Of a DNA stretch of 64,000 nucleotides, positions 9,688 through 17,491 are shown piece after piece (within the stretch, counting starts at the first letter, position 1; each line of letters begins with the position of its first letter). The stretch covers positions 224,001-288,000 of the forward strand of contig OY969559.1 of the NCBI GenBank assembly GCA_963701075.1. The letters run 5' to 3'. The notes below the pieces were generated by a model. It was given only the letters and a program-made list of their open reading frames with translations. It was not told the DNA's origin and ran no database searches. Made by a program: the position numbers and the translations under genes. This DNA comes from an uncultured Nitrososphaerota archaeon (GTDB lineage: Archaea > Thermoproteota > Nitrososphaeria > Nitrososphaerales > Nitrosopumilaceae).

Positions 9688-9890
9688 GTTATCACCATTT
9701 AACCATTTAGCCGCCTAAATATTTAAAGTTGATCAAATGCTGTCAGCCATAAAGTCACAAAGGACTCAGTCCACTTTTCTGTTAATGCGTCTCTTTTGGG
9801 CAGAGAGGATTATTTTGTTTGGATCTTTCCTGAAATAATGACATAAATCCCATCGCTTGACAGTGCCTGAATTTTCATCAATTATAATAG

Positions 9891-10490
9891 CTAAACTTGC
9901 AGTGCATATTTCCTGGCTTTGGCCAGAAAATCCACAATGTCGTTCTCCCTGGCCAGCTTATCCAAGTAAGCGTTATCAATAGAATCTGAGAATATTTTCA
10001 GCAATGCAACACTTTCTTCCATATCCCGTTGAGTATTGCTCTTCCAGAACTTGGCAGAATACAGCCTGTTCTGTATTAGATCTTCTGGTGCTGCCACCCT
10101 AAGCTCGTAACCCTTCACCTTGAATTTCCTCAGCTTGGTAAGATCACCACTGTAGACTGCAGGTATGACTTGAATGACAATGTTTAGGTCACTATTGAAC
10201 CACAACATATTTCCTTTTTTTCCAAACTCAAATTTATTGAGCAATTTTTCAGTCATTGCCTTATTGTCTACTAACAAGTCAATGTCTGAGGTAGCAAATG
10301 TTCCTGCAGTATAGAGATCTATTGCTTCCCCACCTACTAGAATTGCACTGGCTGCAATTTCTTTTAGTTTTGTAGTAAGAAATCCTAGGAAGAGGATCCT
10401 CCGTTTAAATGGATCTCTTTCGTCTTTTAGCTCCTTGTATTGTGTAGATGTCCTAAATCGAGAGCGTTTTTGAGCTACCACGTTTATCAC
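9891..10490 (-). CDS. Nucleotidyltransferase (AbiEii/DUF6036-like toxin)
   Basis: LVGGEA...TSDIDL...APEDLI...RDMEE. Confidence 0.8.
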   Translation of the reverse strand: MINVVAQKRSRFRTSTQYKELKDERDPFKRRILFLGFLTTKLKEIAASAILVGGEAIDLYTAGTFATSDIDLLVDNKAMTEKLLNKFEFGKKGNMLWFNSDLNIVIQVIPAVYSGDLTKLRKFKVKGYELRVAAPEDLIQNRLYSAKFWKSNTQRDMEESVALLKIFSDSIDNAYLDKLARENDIVDFLAKARKYALQV

Positions 10491-11038
10491 TATGTCTTTA
10501 GAATAAAGGTACCATCTTGCAGTTCAAATAGTTCACTGAAGGCTATTTCTGCTGATCTAACAAGTACGGCAAGCTCCCCTTGCACCCTTTTGGACATTAT
10601 CTTGTCAATATTTTGCTTCTCATCTACATTTCTAAATTTTGATCTATCTAATTGATCAAGTTTAACAATTTTTTCCATTCGCTCAGCTTGCATCTCAGTA
10701 GACATCCACTTTTCCAAATCAACTGGCCTGGATCTCTCTTGTTTTAATGACCGCAAAAAGTTAGATGCCGCTCTTCCTGCCACATTTGAAAGTTTATAGA
10801 ATGTTTGGTTACGTTCCTTTATTTGAGATTCAACAATTCTAAACTCTAATAGTTCTGTTAAACAGCGATATGTTGCGGCTGGGTCTAGTCCTTTAATCAT
10901 GGCAATCTGATAGGCCGTAATAGGCTGCTTTGCATCTGCTAGTGCATCTATTGTCAAAAATCTAGTCCTTCCCCCAAGTAAGATTTCGGCTTTCATTTGT
11001 GTACCTAAGACTAACATCTCTCCAGATCTATATAACAC
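10490..11038 (-). CDS. wHTH partner of the nucleotidyltransferase (putative antitoxin); likely start ~10996
   Basis: ITAYQIAMIKGLDPAATYRCLTEL HTH; coupled to downstream gene. Confidence 0.7.
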   Translation of the reverse strand: MLYRSGEMLVLGTQMKAEILLGGRTRFLTIDALADAKQPITAYQIAMIKGLDPAATYRCLTELLEFRIVESQIKERNQTFYKLSNVAGRAASNFLRSLKQERSRPVDLEKWMSTEMQAERMEKIVKLDQLDRSKFRNVDEKQNIDKIMSKRVQGELAVLVRSAEIAFSELFELQDGTFILKT

Positions 11039-11195
11039 CTTAGATTTTAAATCTATGATACTTCAAACATTCTGGTGATTCTAAGTTATAGTGAGATGTA
11101 GATATCATAATTACGTGCTCAAGAAGAACAGTCTTTTCTAGTAATATTGAAAAAGTAACACAATGTGTCTGACAGTACCCAAGAGAGTCTAGAAT

Positions 11196-12128
11196 TTGGT
11201 CCTAAATCTTAACGTAAACCATACCATTTTGTGTGCCGTAATAATTGTGGTTTTTTATACAATATTTATCCTGTTTTCAGACGCTGAAAAATTTTCTTCC
11301 CAATTAATCAAGATTGATGTATTGTTTGTGCCGTTGATTATTGCAGTACATGTTATTTCCTTGCTTGTTTGCAGTGTGCGACAAAAAGTGCTGCTTGACT
11401 CATTAGACATCAAATTATCTCTAAGACAAAATATTTTATTTCAATTTGCAGGCTATTCCATGTCAATTACCCCAGGCGGCATAGGCGAGCTGATAAAGTC
11501 CCATTTCTTGAAAAAAATCCATTCAAAAGACTATACAAAAACAATTCCTGTTGTTTTTGCAGAAAAGTACTACAACATGCTGGCCTCTGCCCTTGTAATT
11601 ACGGTTATGCTGTTTTTTAGGAATAATTTTGAGATAGAGATAACCGTATCAGTCATCTGGATTTTATTAATAGCGGCGCTTGTCATCATAAGAAACAAAA
11701 AGGTCTTTCCCATGCGCAAAATTCCCCAAGTGTGGGTTTTAAAGAACATACTAGAGAGTGTCTCAAGTTTTTCCAATACATTAGTTTCCCTGTCAGAAAA
11801 AAAGATCTTCATAAAGTGTTTTTTCTTGGGAACGGTTGCAGTCTTTGCAGATGCAGTTGCAATCTACCTTTGTTTTTTGGCTTTTAATATCAATTTTAGT
11901 TTCATAGATTCCACCTTATTTGTCATTACTTCATTAACGGTAGGCGCAATATCTTTTCTGCCTGGCGGGGTAGGGGTAACAGAGCTTAGCATGACAGGGT
12001 TGTTGGTTAAATCAGGCATTATTGTTTCTGCTGCATTGGCTCTTACAATATTCATTAGATTTATGATCACATGGTCAACTGTTGTAATTGGCTTTATTAC
12101 GCTTAGATTTGCAATGAAAAGTAAATAG
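11196..12128 (+). CDS. Lysylphosphatidylglycerol synthase TM / flippase-like membrane protein (UPF0104)
   Basis: ITPGGIGELIK and PGGVGVTE motifs; multiple TM helices. Confidence 0.85.
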   Translation: MVLNLNVNHTILCAVIIVVFYTIFILFSDAEKFSSQLIKIDVLFVPLIIAVHVISLLVCSVRQKVLLDSLDIKLSLRQNILFQFAGYSMSITPGGIGELIKSHFLKKIHSKDYTKTIPVVFAEKYYNMLASALVITVMLFFRNNFEIEITVSVIWILLIAALVIIRNKKVFPMRKIPQVWVLKNILESVSSFSNTLVSLSEKKIFIKCFFLGTVAVFADAVAIYLCFLAFNINFSFIDSTLFVITSLTVGAISFLPGGVGVTELSMTGLLVKSGIIVSAALALTIFIRFMITWSTVVIGFITLRFAMKSK

Positions 12129-12152
12129 TCATCCAGTTGTGATTTCTAAGAC

Positions 12153-12365
12153 TCAATTTAGAACTTCGATGATCAGTTTTTCGTCGTTTTTAGAATCTTC
12201 TTCTAAAGACTCTAGAACAAGTTCTATGGCTTCAGTCATATTCTTCTTTAATTCTTCGATTGTTTCACCTTCACTTATGGCCCCTGGCAACTCAAGACAT
12301 TGTCCAGTATAGCCTCCTTCAGGAGCCTTTTGAAGTCGTATGGTAAACTTGTGTTTTTCTGTCAT
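12153..12365 (-). CDS. hicB: HicB-family antitoxin (solo)
   Basis: EGGYTGQCLELPGAISEGETIEELKKNMTEAI. Confidence 0.88.
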   Translation of the reverse strand: MTEKHKFTIRLQKAPEGGYTGQCLELPGAISEGETIEELKKNMTEAIELVLESLEEDSKNDEKLIIEVLN

Positions 12366-12406
12366 GGTATAGATTATGATTCTGTCATATTTCTAGTTGC
12401 CTCAAA

Positions 12407-12427
12407 GGTTCTGTCAAATTCCCGTAC
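12407..12427 (+). mobile_element. Solo IS6-like terminal repeat (candidate)
   Basis: GGTTCTGTCAA, identical to the first 11 nt of the TIR at 19783; degenerate second copy GATTCTGTCATATTTC at 12378. Confidence 0.5.
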
Positions 12428-12507
12428 TCTAGCAGATATTAAAATCGGTTCAAGTCAAACAAGCAAGCTTGGGGCTAACACTAGATCAGTATTATCAATT
12501 TTTCAGC

Positions 12508-12702
12508 CTATGCCTGAGATACCAATTCTTTTGGGTTCTTGTTGAACTTTGAAACAATGTACTGTACTTTGTCATCGCCTTCTGGCAGAGGATTTGCGCA
12601 CCTACCGCATTTTGGAAGGGTTACTATTGCATCGTAATCAATCTCACCAATGAACCTGTCACACTGGGAGCAGCGGACCGATTTTTTGTCATATATGTTC
12701 AT
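12508..12702 (-). CDS. Small zinc-ribbon protein
   Basis: CSQC...CGRC. Confidence 0.75.
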   Translation of the reverse strand: MNIYDKKSVRCSQCDRFIGEIDYDAIVTLPKCGRCANPLPEGDDKVQYIVSKFNKNPKELVSQA

Positions 12703-12876
12703 GGCGTACTATAATACGTCATCTCCCCTAATAAGGCAGATCACCATTATCACGTACGGGACTGCCAAGTTACCTTCTGGAAATAATCAGATTCTGTCCA
12801 AATGATAAATCTGAATCAACAGCAGGATCCAGTTTGAAGAATATGATGGCAGGTTCTTGAAATTATATGGCTGGTA

Positions 12877-12901
12877 GGTTCGTCAACTTGGTGGCTCATC
12901 C
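12877..12901 (+). mobile_element. Solo copy of the TnpB-element terminal repeat
   Basis: GGTTC-GTCAACTTGGTGGCTCATCC vs GGTTCTGTCAACTTGATGGCTCATCC (19783-19808): 1 gap, 1 mismatch. Confidence 0.8.
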
Positions 12902-13105
12902 AAAGGACTTTTTGCCGTTTTACAACCACCAGATCATATTTCCAAATCAAGACTGGATCTATTTCGAGATAGCAGCAATAGTAGGATTTGTAACCATTTT
13001 AACAACAAGAAAGTCACAGAGGATTCAGGCAAGTGCCTAAAGGATTGACTATTGGTGCTGTTACCTGTGTACTACGTTAAAATATCTGCAAGTCCATTAG
13101 ATAGC

Positions 13106-13273
13106 ATGCAAAAGGCAGAGAAGAAAAGACCTGTAATTGATGCAAATGGTTACGATCTTTCAAAAAAGGTTATGAAAGTGACTGAAGAAAAAACATTTCT
13201 TGAGGAAATAAAACAAATTATGGCTGAAAATCCAAGATTATACAACGCTTTAGCAGAAGATAAGTTTGATTAA
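13106..13273 (+). CDS. Putative antitoxin of the Fic/Doc protein (55 aa, convergent)
   Basis: ATG at 13106; C-terminal helix FLEEIKQIMAENPRLYNALAED; stop overlaps the Doc stop (TTAA). Confidence 0.6.
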   Translation: MQKAEKKRPVIDANGYDLSKKVMKVTEEKTFLEEIKQIMAENPRLYNALAEDKFD

Positions 13274-13686
13274 ACTGCAAATACTTTTCTTCTAAGATAA
13301 TCCTCAACCTCTGGAATTATTGTGTCATCTCCTTCTGATTTCAACATAGTTTTTTCCAAGAGGTAGAACATCTCCTTTTCTTCTTCCCTAGTCTTTAGCG
13401 ATAGCGTAAATCCATTCTTACGAAGAAAATGAATTGTAATTGCTAATGCTGTTCGTTTGTTTCCATTGGAAAATGGCTGTTGCCATACTATCCCGCCAAG
13501 TATATGTGCTGCTTTTTTTATTATGCGTTCTCTTTTGTCTTTTATATCATTAAATGAATTAACTTGGTTGAAAACGGCAAAAAGTCTTTCTGTAACGCAT
13601 CCAAATGGTTCATTTCTATGTGTGCAAATGTGCTTGTCAACACGAATTACATTATTTATCATATTGTCGGAAAAAATCTCATTCAT
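13270..13686 (-). CDS. Fic/Doc family protein with His-to-Gln motif variant
   Basis: KAAHIL...QPFSNGNKRTA...FLRKNG. Confidence 0.85.
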   Translation of the reverse strand: MNEIFSDNMINNVIRVDKHICTHRNEPFGCVTERLFAVFNQVNSFNDIKDKRERIIKKAAHILGGIVWQQPFSNGNKRTALAITIHFLRKNGFTLSLKTREEEKEMFYLLEKTMLKSEGDDTIIPEVEDYLRRKVFAV

Positions 13687-13782
13687 TGCGTATTTACATA
13701 TGCAAGTACAATTTCAATTGTTCTACCCGAATAGATCAATGGTCCCAAATACTTTAGTGTTGGAAGTATATCAGTTAGCATA

Positions 13783-14007
13783 ATGAAGGTTGAAGATCTC
13801 TTCAAAGACTATACTGAGTTTGACTCTAGAAGTCAGCTTTTACGTAAACTAGAAGGAAGTATGAAAGCAGCTGTACTCAATACAATAATTGCTCGCCTAG
13901 TATTGGAGAACAAGATAGTTGTAAATGATGATCATTCCTTAACATGGATTGATACGGAAGGAAACGGAAAACTAAACAAGCACTTTGACACGGCTATTCC
14001 TCTCTAA
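13783..14007 (+). CDS. wHTH antitoxin-like protein, paralog of 16131-16424
   Basis: Aligns by eye: SRSQLLRKL...ENKIVVNDDHSLTWI vs SKNSLWRAL...SNKIMYDKDRAIVWI. Confidence 0.65.
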   Translation: MKVEDLFKDYTEFDSRSQLLRKLEGSMKAAVLNTIIARLVLENKIVVNDDHSLTWIDTEGNGKLNKHFDTAIPL

Positions 14008-14228
14008 GGATACACAGGTTGTCTGGAGACAAATCCATGACTGATAGTACCTAAATTTTGCTCTGGCATATAGACGCAAATCAAAATAACTAGAGGGTGC
14101 TAAAGGCGGACATCAGATGATAAAAAAGAAGACCCCTCCCAAAAGGCCGAGAAATGCAAAAAGTACAGGTACAAACAATGCTAAAGGTACTGCAGCTGAG
14201 AAAAAAGGGCACAAGAAAAAGCCAACAT

Positions 14229-14510
14229 ATGGACCCTGACAGGCTTGCGCTCTCAAAAAATGACATTTTAGAGTTCTGCGACAGGGTGCTAAAAAAATGG
14301 CAGCAGGATCCGGCACAAAACTCTAGAAACATTCCGGCAATGTTTGCAGTAAGAGCCGGCGTACTCTTCTCCGACGAGGTATCGCTTAGTGCAATCTGGT
14401 CTGAGATAATATCATGGGTGTATCAATTGTTATATGAAAATGCACAGGCACAGGCAAGACACGAGAACCAAGAGTGGGCCAAAGTGTTCTCCAAGATAAA
14501 AAGCGATTAG
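14229..14510 (+). CDS. Hypothetical protein (93 aa from ATG 14229) whose 3' end is repeated downstream
   Basis: MDPDRLAL...YENAQAQARHENQEWAKVFSKIKSD; synonymous divergence in the downstream copies supports coding status. Confidence 0.75.
   Translation: MDPDRLALSKNDILEFCDRVLKKWQQDPAQNSRNIPAMFAVRAGVLFSDEVSLSAIWSEIISWVYQLLYENAQAQARHENQEWAKVFSKIKSD
14433..14510 (+). repeat. Gene 3'-end repeat, copy 1 (intact)
   Basis: GCAAGACACGAGAACCAAGAGTGGGCCAAAGTGTTCTCCAAGATAA core. Confidence 0.9.
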
Positions 14511-14541
14511 ATGCCAACACCGCCTATATGAAGAATCAATA

Positions 14542-14958
14542 TTACTTTAAAATTTCAGCTTTTATCTTTGTCAGCAGATCCTCAGCAAATTGCAGATTCT
14601 TTCTCAGATCAGCTTCCTTGAACTCCATTCCTTGCAAATATCCAGCCAAATGAAGTTCAGATGCCATATCCAGATATTTTCCATTTGTACGTTTGTCTAT
14701 TAGTCCTCTTTGCAGCAAATTATCACGTATGAGAAATTGTAGTGCCAACCTGCCTGTGAATTTTGGTGAGCCAGGATATTCTATCTTTTTTATACCATGG
14801 TGATAAAGCAATCCTTCAAGTGCTGTTTCTACTGCTCGAAATATCTCCTCTGCAGCAGGAAAAAGCCGCTTATTTTGAAAATTGTTCTGTGCAGACTGCA
14901 GATATTCTTCTGCTTTCTTCATACTCCATCTAACTAAATCTTCTCGGCTTTTCACCAT
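14542..14958 (-). CDS. HEPN-domain protein (toxin of MNT-HEPN pair)
   Basis: KAEEYLQSA...AEEIFRAVETAL; ELHLAGY in place of Rx4-6H/Y; overlaps MNT gene. Confidence 0.75.
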   Translation of the reverse strand: MVKSREDLVRWSMKKAEEYLQSAQNNFQNKRLFPAAEEIFRAVETALEGLLYHHGIKKIEYPGSPKFTGRLALQFLIRDNLLQRGLIDKRTNGKYLDMASELHLAGYLQGMEFKEADLRKNLQFAEDLLTKIKAEILK

Positions 14959-15550
14959 ACAAAACCTCTCCATTTGCATGAATCCCTATTATCAAGGGAT
15001 CGTTTTCTAATCTCTGCAAGTATTCCTTGACAGACATGACTATTGGATAAATCACAATACCATAATCTATGCTTATTTTCATGTTGACAAAGTCAAGAAG
15101 ATCTTTTTTTATTACTTCATTTCTGTTCTGTGAAAGTACAAGTATGTCTATATCGCTTGGTTCCCTTACAATGTCGCTTCTTATCCTACCTTTTGCAAGA
15201 CTACCAAATAGTATAACCGCTTTTATCCTGTAATTTTTTACTGTATGTCTGACCACCTTGCGTGCTATCTCCATGTAGACGTCTTGCAGGTCTATGAACA
15301 GGGTCTTCAGAGATTTGTAGAGAAAATGATTGCGGTTTATCTGATACATCTTGGCCTTGCCAACCCTTTCCATCGTAACTAACCCAGAATTGACGAGATC
15401 TCCCATCTGCCTATTTATCTCCGAGACAGAAGAGCCTGCATCTTTAGCCAACTCTATCTCGAGAATTTTCCTGTCTGGCTTTTCGATTAATACCGATAAA
15501 GCATTAACCTTTGTTTTGCTGCCTAATATTCTATCCAAATACATTGTCAT
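14930..15550 (-). CDS. wHTH plus minimal nucleotidyltransferase (MNT antitoxin)
   Basis: ILFGSLAKG...SDIDILVL; N-terminal HTH; likely start 15544/15550. Confidence 0.88.
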   Translation of the reverse strand: MTMYLDRILGSKTKVNALSVLIEKPDRKILEIELAKDAGSSVSEINRQMGDLVNSGLVTMERVGKAKMYQINRNHFLYKSLKTLFIDLQDVYMEIARKVVRHTVKNYRIKAVILFGSLAKGRIRSDIVREPSDIDILVLSQNRNEVIKKDLLDFVNMKISIDYGIVIYPIVMSVKEYLQRLENDPLIIGIHANGEVLYGEKPRRFS

Positions 15551-15561
15551 ACACTTCTTTT

Positions 15562-15595
15562 GGTTTTCCGAAATATATTTCTGTTTTCCGAAAAT
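15562..15595. promoter_or_regulatory. Tandem operator candidate upstream of wHTH-MNT
   Basis: GTTTTCCGAAA repeated twice at a 22-bp spacing. Confidence 0.5.
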
Positions 15596-15637
15596 AAATA
15601 CTTTCTGCATCTAGACTCTACATAAAATGATTTATCA

Positions 15638-15719
15638 TACGAGAACGCAGGCACAAGCAAGACACGAGAACCAAGAGTGAGCCAAAGTATTTTCCAAGAT
15701 AAAAAATGATAAAACCTAG
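15638..15719 (+). repeat. Gene 3'-end repeat, copy 2 (decayed)
   Basis: Reads YENA/AQARHENQE*AKVFSKIKNDKT*; six synonymous changes, a TGG>TGA change and a 2-nt deletion. Confidence 0.9.
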
Positions 15720-15799
15720 ATTAATTTTATCGATCATTAACCAAACTGATCCTTCTATTGTTCAGCTAGTCGTATCTTGTTGATATAAGCAGGTTTTAC

Positions 15800-16129
15800 G
15801 TGCCAATGAAGAAGAGGGCAAGTGACGTAATTGGCAGTATTGAGTTTAGAAGATTCTATGACAGTATTGCTCAAGATGATCCCAAAAAGAAGGAATTTCT
15901 TGATGCATTCAAAATTCTAAAAGAAGACTGTTTGCGAGGCAATAAGATACCACATGATCGTTGGCCTCTTACATATGCCAGAAAATATGGAATCAAGAAC
16001 CTCTGGAGATATCCCCTACGATCAGGCTGGAGAATTGTGTACACGATATCAAGCCAAAAAAGGGGTTTTGTTGTTTGTATTCTTGAGGTCTTTTCACACC
16101 AAGAATATGAGAAAAGATTTGGCTACTAG
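15800..16129 (+). CDS. RelE/ParE-superfamily toxin (archaeal type)
   Basis: NLWRYPLRSGWRIVYTI...ILEVFSHQEYEKRFGY. Confidence 0.8.
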   Translation: MPMKKRASDVIGSIEFRRFYDSIAQDDPKKKEFLDAFKILKEDCLRGNKIPHDRWPLTYARKYGIKNLWRYPLRSGWRIVYTISSQKRGFVVCILEVFSHQEYEKRFGY

Positions 16130-16130
16130 T

Positions 16131-16424
16131 TTACAGTAATGATTTGGAAGTTTTCAGGAGTTTTTTTAGTTTAATGTTGTCTGCAAATATCCAGACTATG
16201 GCCCTGTCCTTGTCGTACATTATTTTGTTTGATTCCTCCAGATAATCAAGAACTGCCTTGAATGTTGGGTATTGCACCTGCCTTGGCAGTGCTCTCCAGA
16301 GACTGTTCTTGGAAGGATATTGCGAGATTTTAGAAAGCATTTGTTCCACCATCTTGATAGTATCAAGCGTAGGGTTGGATGCATTTGCTTTGAGTTTTTT
16401 ATTTTTTAATATTACTTTACTCAT
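16131..16424 (-). CDS. wHTH putative antitoxin, convergent with the RelE-like gene
   Basis: NPTLDTIKMVE...LWRALPRQVQYPTFKAVLDYLEESNKI; palindromic TATACGTATA upstream. Confidence 0.7.
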   Translation of the reverse strand: MSKVILKNKKLKANASNPTLDTIKMVEQMLSKISQYPSKNSLWRALPRQVQYPTFKAVLDYLEESNKIMYDKDRAIVWIFADNIKLKKLLKTSKSLL

Positions 16425-16569
16425 CTGGTTTATAATGCGCTTCCATGTATATATGTAATACTATAATACGTATACGTATAGTACATCTAAATTATACATG
16501 ATAGAAGGTGTGATGTCTTGTCTTGATAAAAGACAACATGAAAAATGGCTGCTTTTTGGCAGATCGAAA

Positions 16570-16628
16570 GCAAGACAGAGAACCAAGAGTGGGCCAAAGT
16601 GTTCTCCAAGATAAGAAACGAGAGATAA
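16570..16628 (+). repeat. Gene 3'-end repeat, copy 3 (decayed)
   Basis: GCAAGACA-GAGAACCAAGAGTGGGCCAAAGTGTTCTCCAAGATAA then R-N-E-R-stop. Confidence 0.9.
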
Positions 16629-16662
16629 CCGCATTGAAAGTTCTGCAGGTTTTCAGATTACA

Positions 16663-17073
16663 TCAATTTACAGTCGATTCCAGTATCTTGAGCATCTCAT
16701 CTGCTGTGACAATCTTTGTGCCCTTAAATTTCCCAATGTCAAGCAAATGTCTGTCGCCTGAAACGATATAGTCTGCATGAACTGCAAGCGCAGTGGCAAG
16801 AATCACGTCATCGTCAGGGTCTTCGAGCACCACTTTTATGCCAGAACTTGGGCGTACAAATCTTACCGTATTGTTGAACGCTTTGAGAAAATCTACAATA
16901 TCCCCTTCCCTTACATAATGTTCAAACTTTTTTCTGGCTATAACGCCAAGAAAATCAGAGCGAATCTTTCTTGATGAGACCAGGACAAACTCTTTCTCTA
17001 TTGATTTGAACCACAGTTTTCTTGGTTTGCCTCTTGTGATTAAAGCAGAAATCAGAATATTGGTGTCAGACAC
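16663..17073 (-). CDS. PIN-family putative toxin (TIGR00305-like)
   Basis: DTNILISAL, EDPDDDVILATA, IVSGDRHLL. Confidence 0.9.
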   Translation of the reverse strand: MSDTNILISALITRGKPRKLWFKSIEKEFVLVSSRKIRSDFLGVIARKKFEHYVREGDIVDFLKAFNNTVRFVRPSSGIKVVLEDPDDDVILATALAVHADYIVSGDRHLLDIGKFKGTKIVTADEMLKILESTVN

Positions 17074-17093
17074 AACATATGTACCCAGATCTC

Positions 17094-17390
17094 TTAGCGC
17101 TTCCTCTTCTCTGTCCTATATTCTTCTATCTCGCGCTGGATCTCATCTTCTGACAGTTCGCCGTATTTTTCTATTCTGGAATCAATCCTCTTGTACAGTT
17201 CCTTCAAATCCTTCATCACGTCTGGGATCTCCATCTTCTTCATTATGACTGAATCCTTGTATCCGTATACGAGTAGTTTTGTCTTTGGCCCAAGCCCGAG
17301 CTTCTTTCTGAGCGCTTGTGGTATGACAACCTGTCCCTTCCCGCTCACTATTGTAATATCCCCTTCCTCGTAAGTTATAGCATTCTTCAT
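17094..17390 (-). CDS. AbrB/MazE-family antitoxin
   Basis: SGKGQVVIPQALRKKLGL. Confidence 0.9.
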   Translation of the reverse strand: MKNAITYEEGDITIVSGKGQVVIPQALRKKLGLGPKTKLLVYGYKDSVIMKKMEIPDVMKDLKELYKRIDSRIEKYGELSEDEIQREIEEYRTEKRKR

Positions 17391-17491
17391 AGCATATTCT
17401 TACTTTCTTACCATAAATAATTGACGGTATCCCTACTGGTCCTGACTGGTTTCAAACAAGTTTTAAACCCAGTCACTTTAAGTGAAAATGT

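Noticed and set aside
14433-16628. The three ~60-nt repeats as a CRISPR array or attC sites
   Set aside because: They are about 1 kb apart, non-palindromic, and show codon-position divergence, so they are gene 3' ends.
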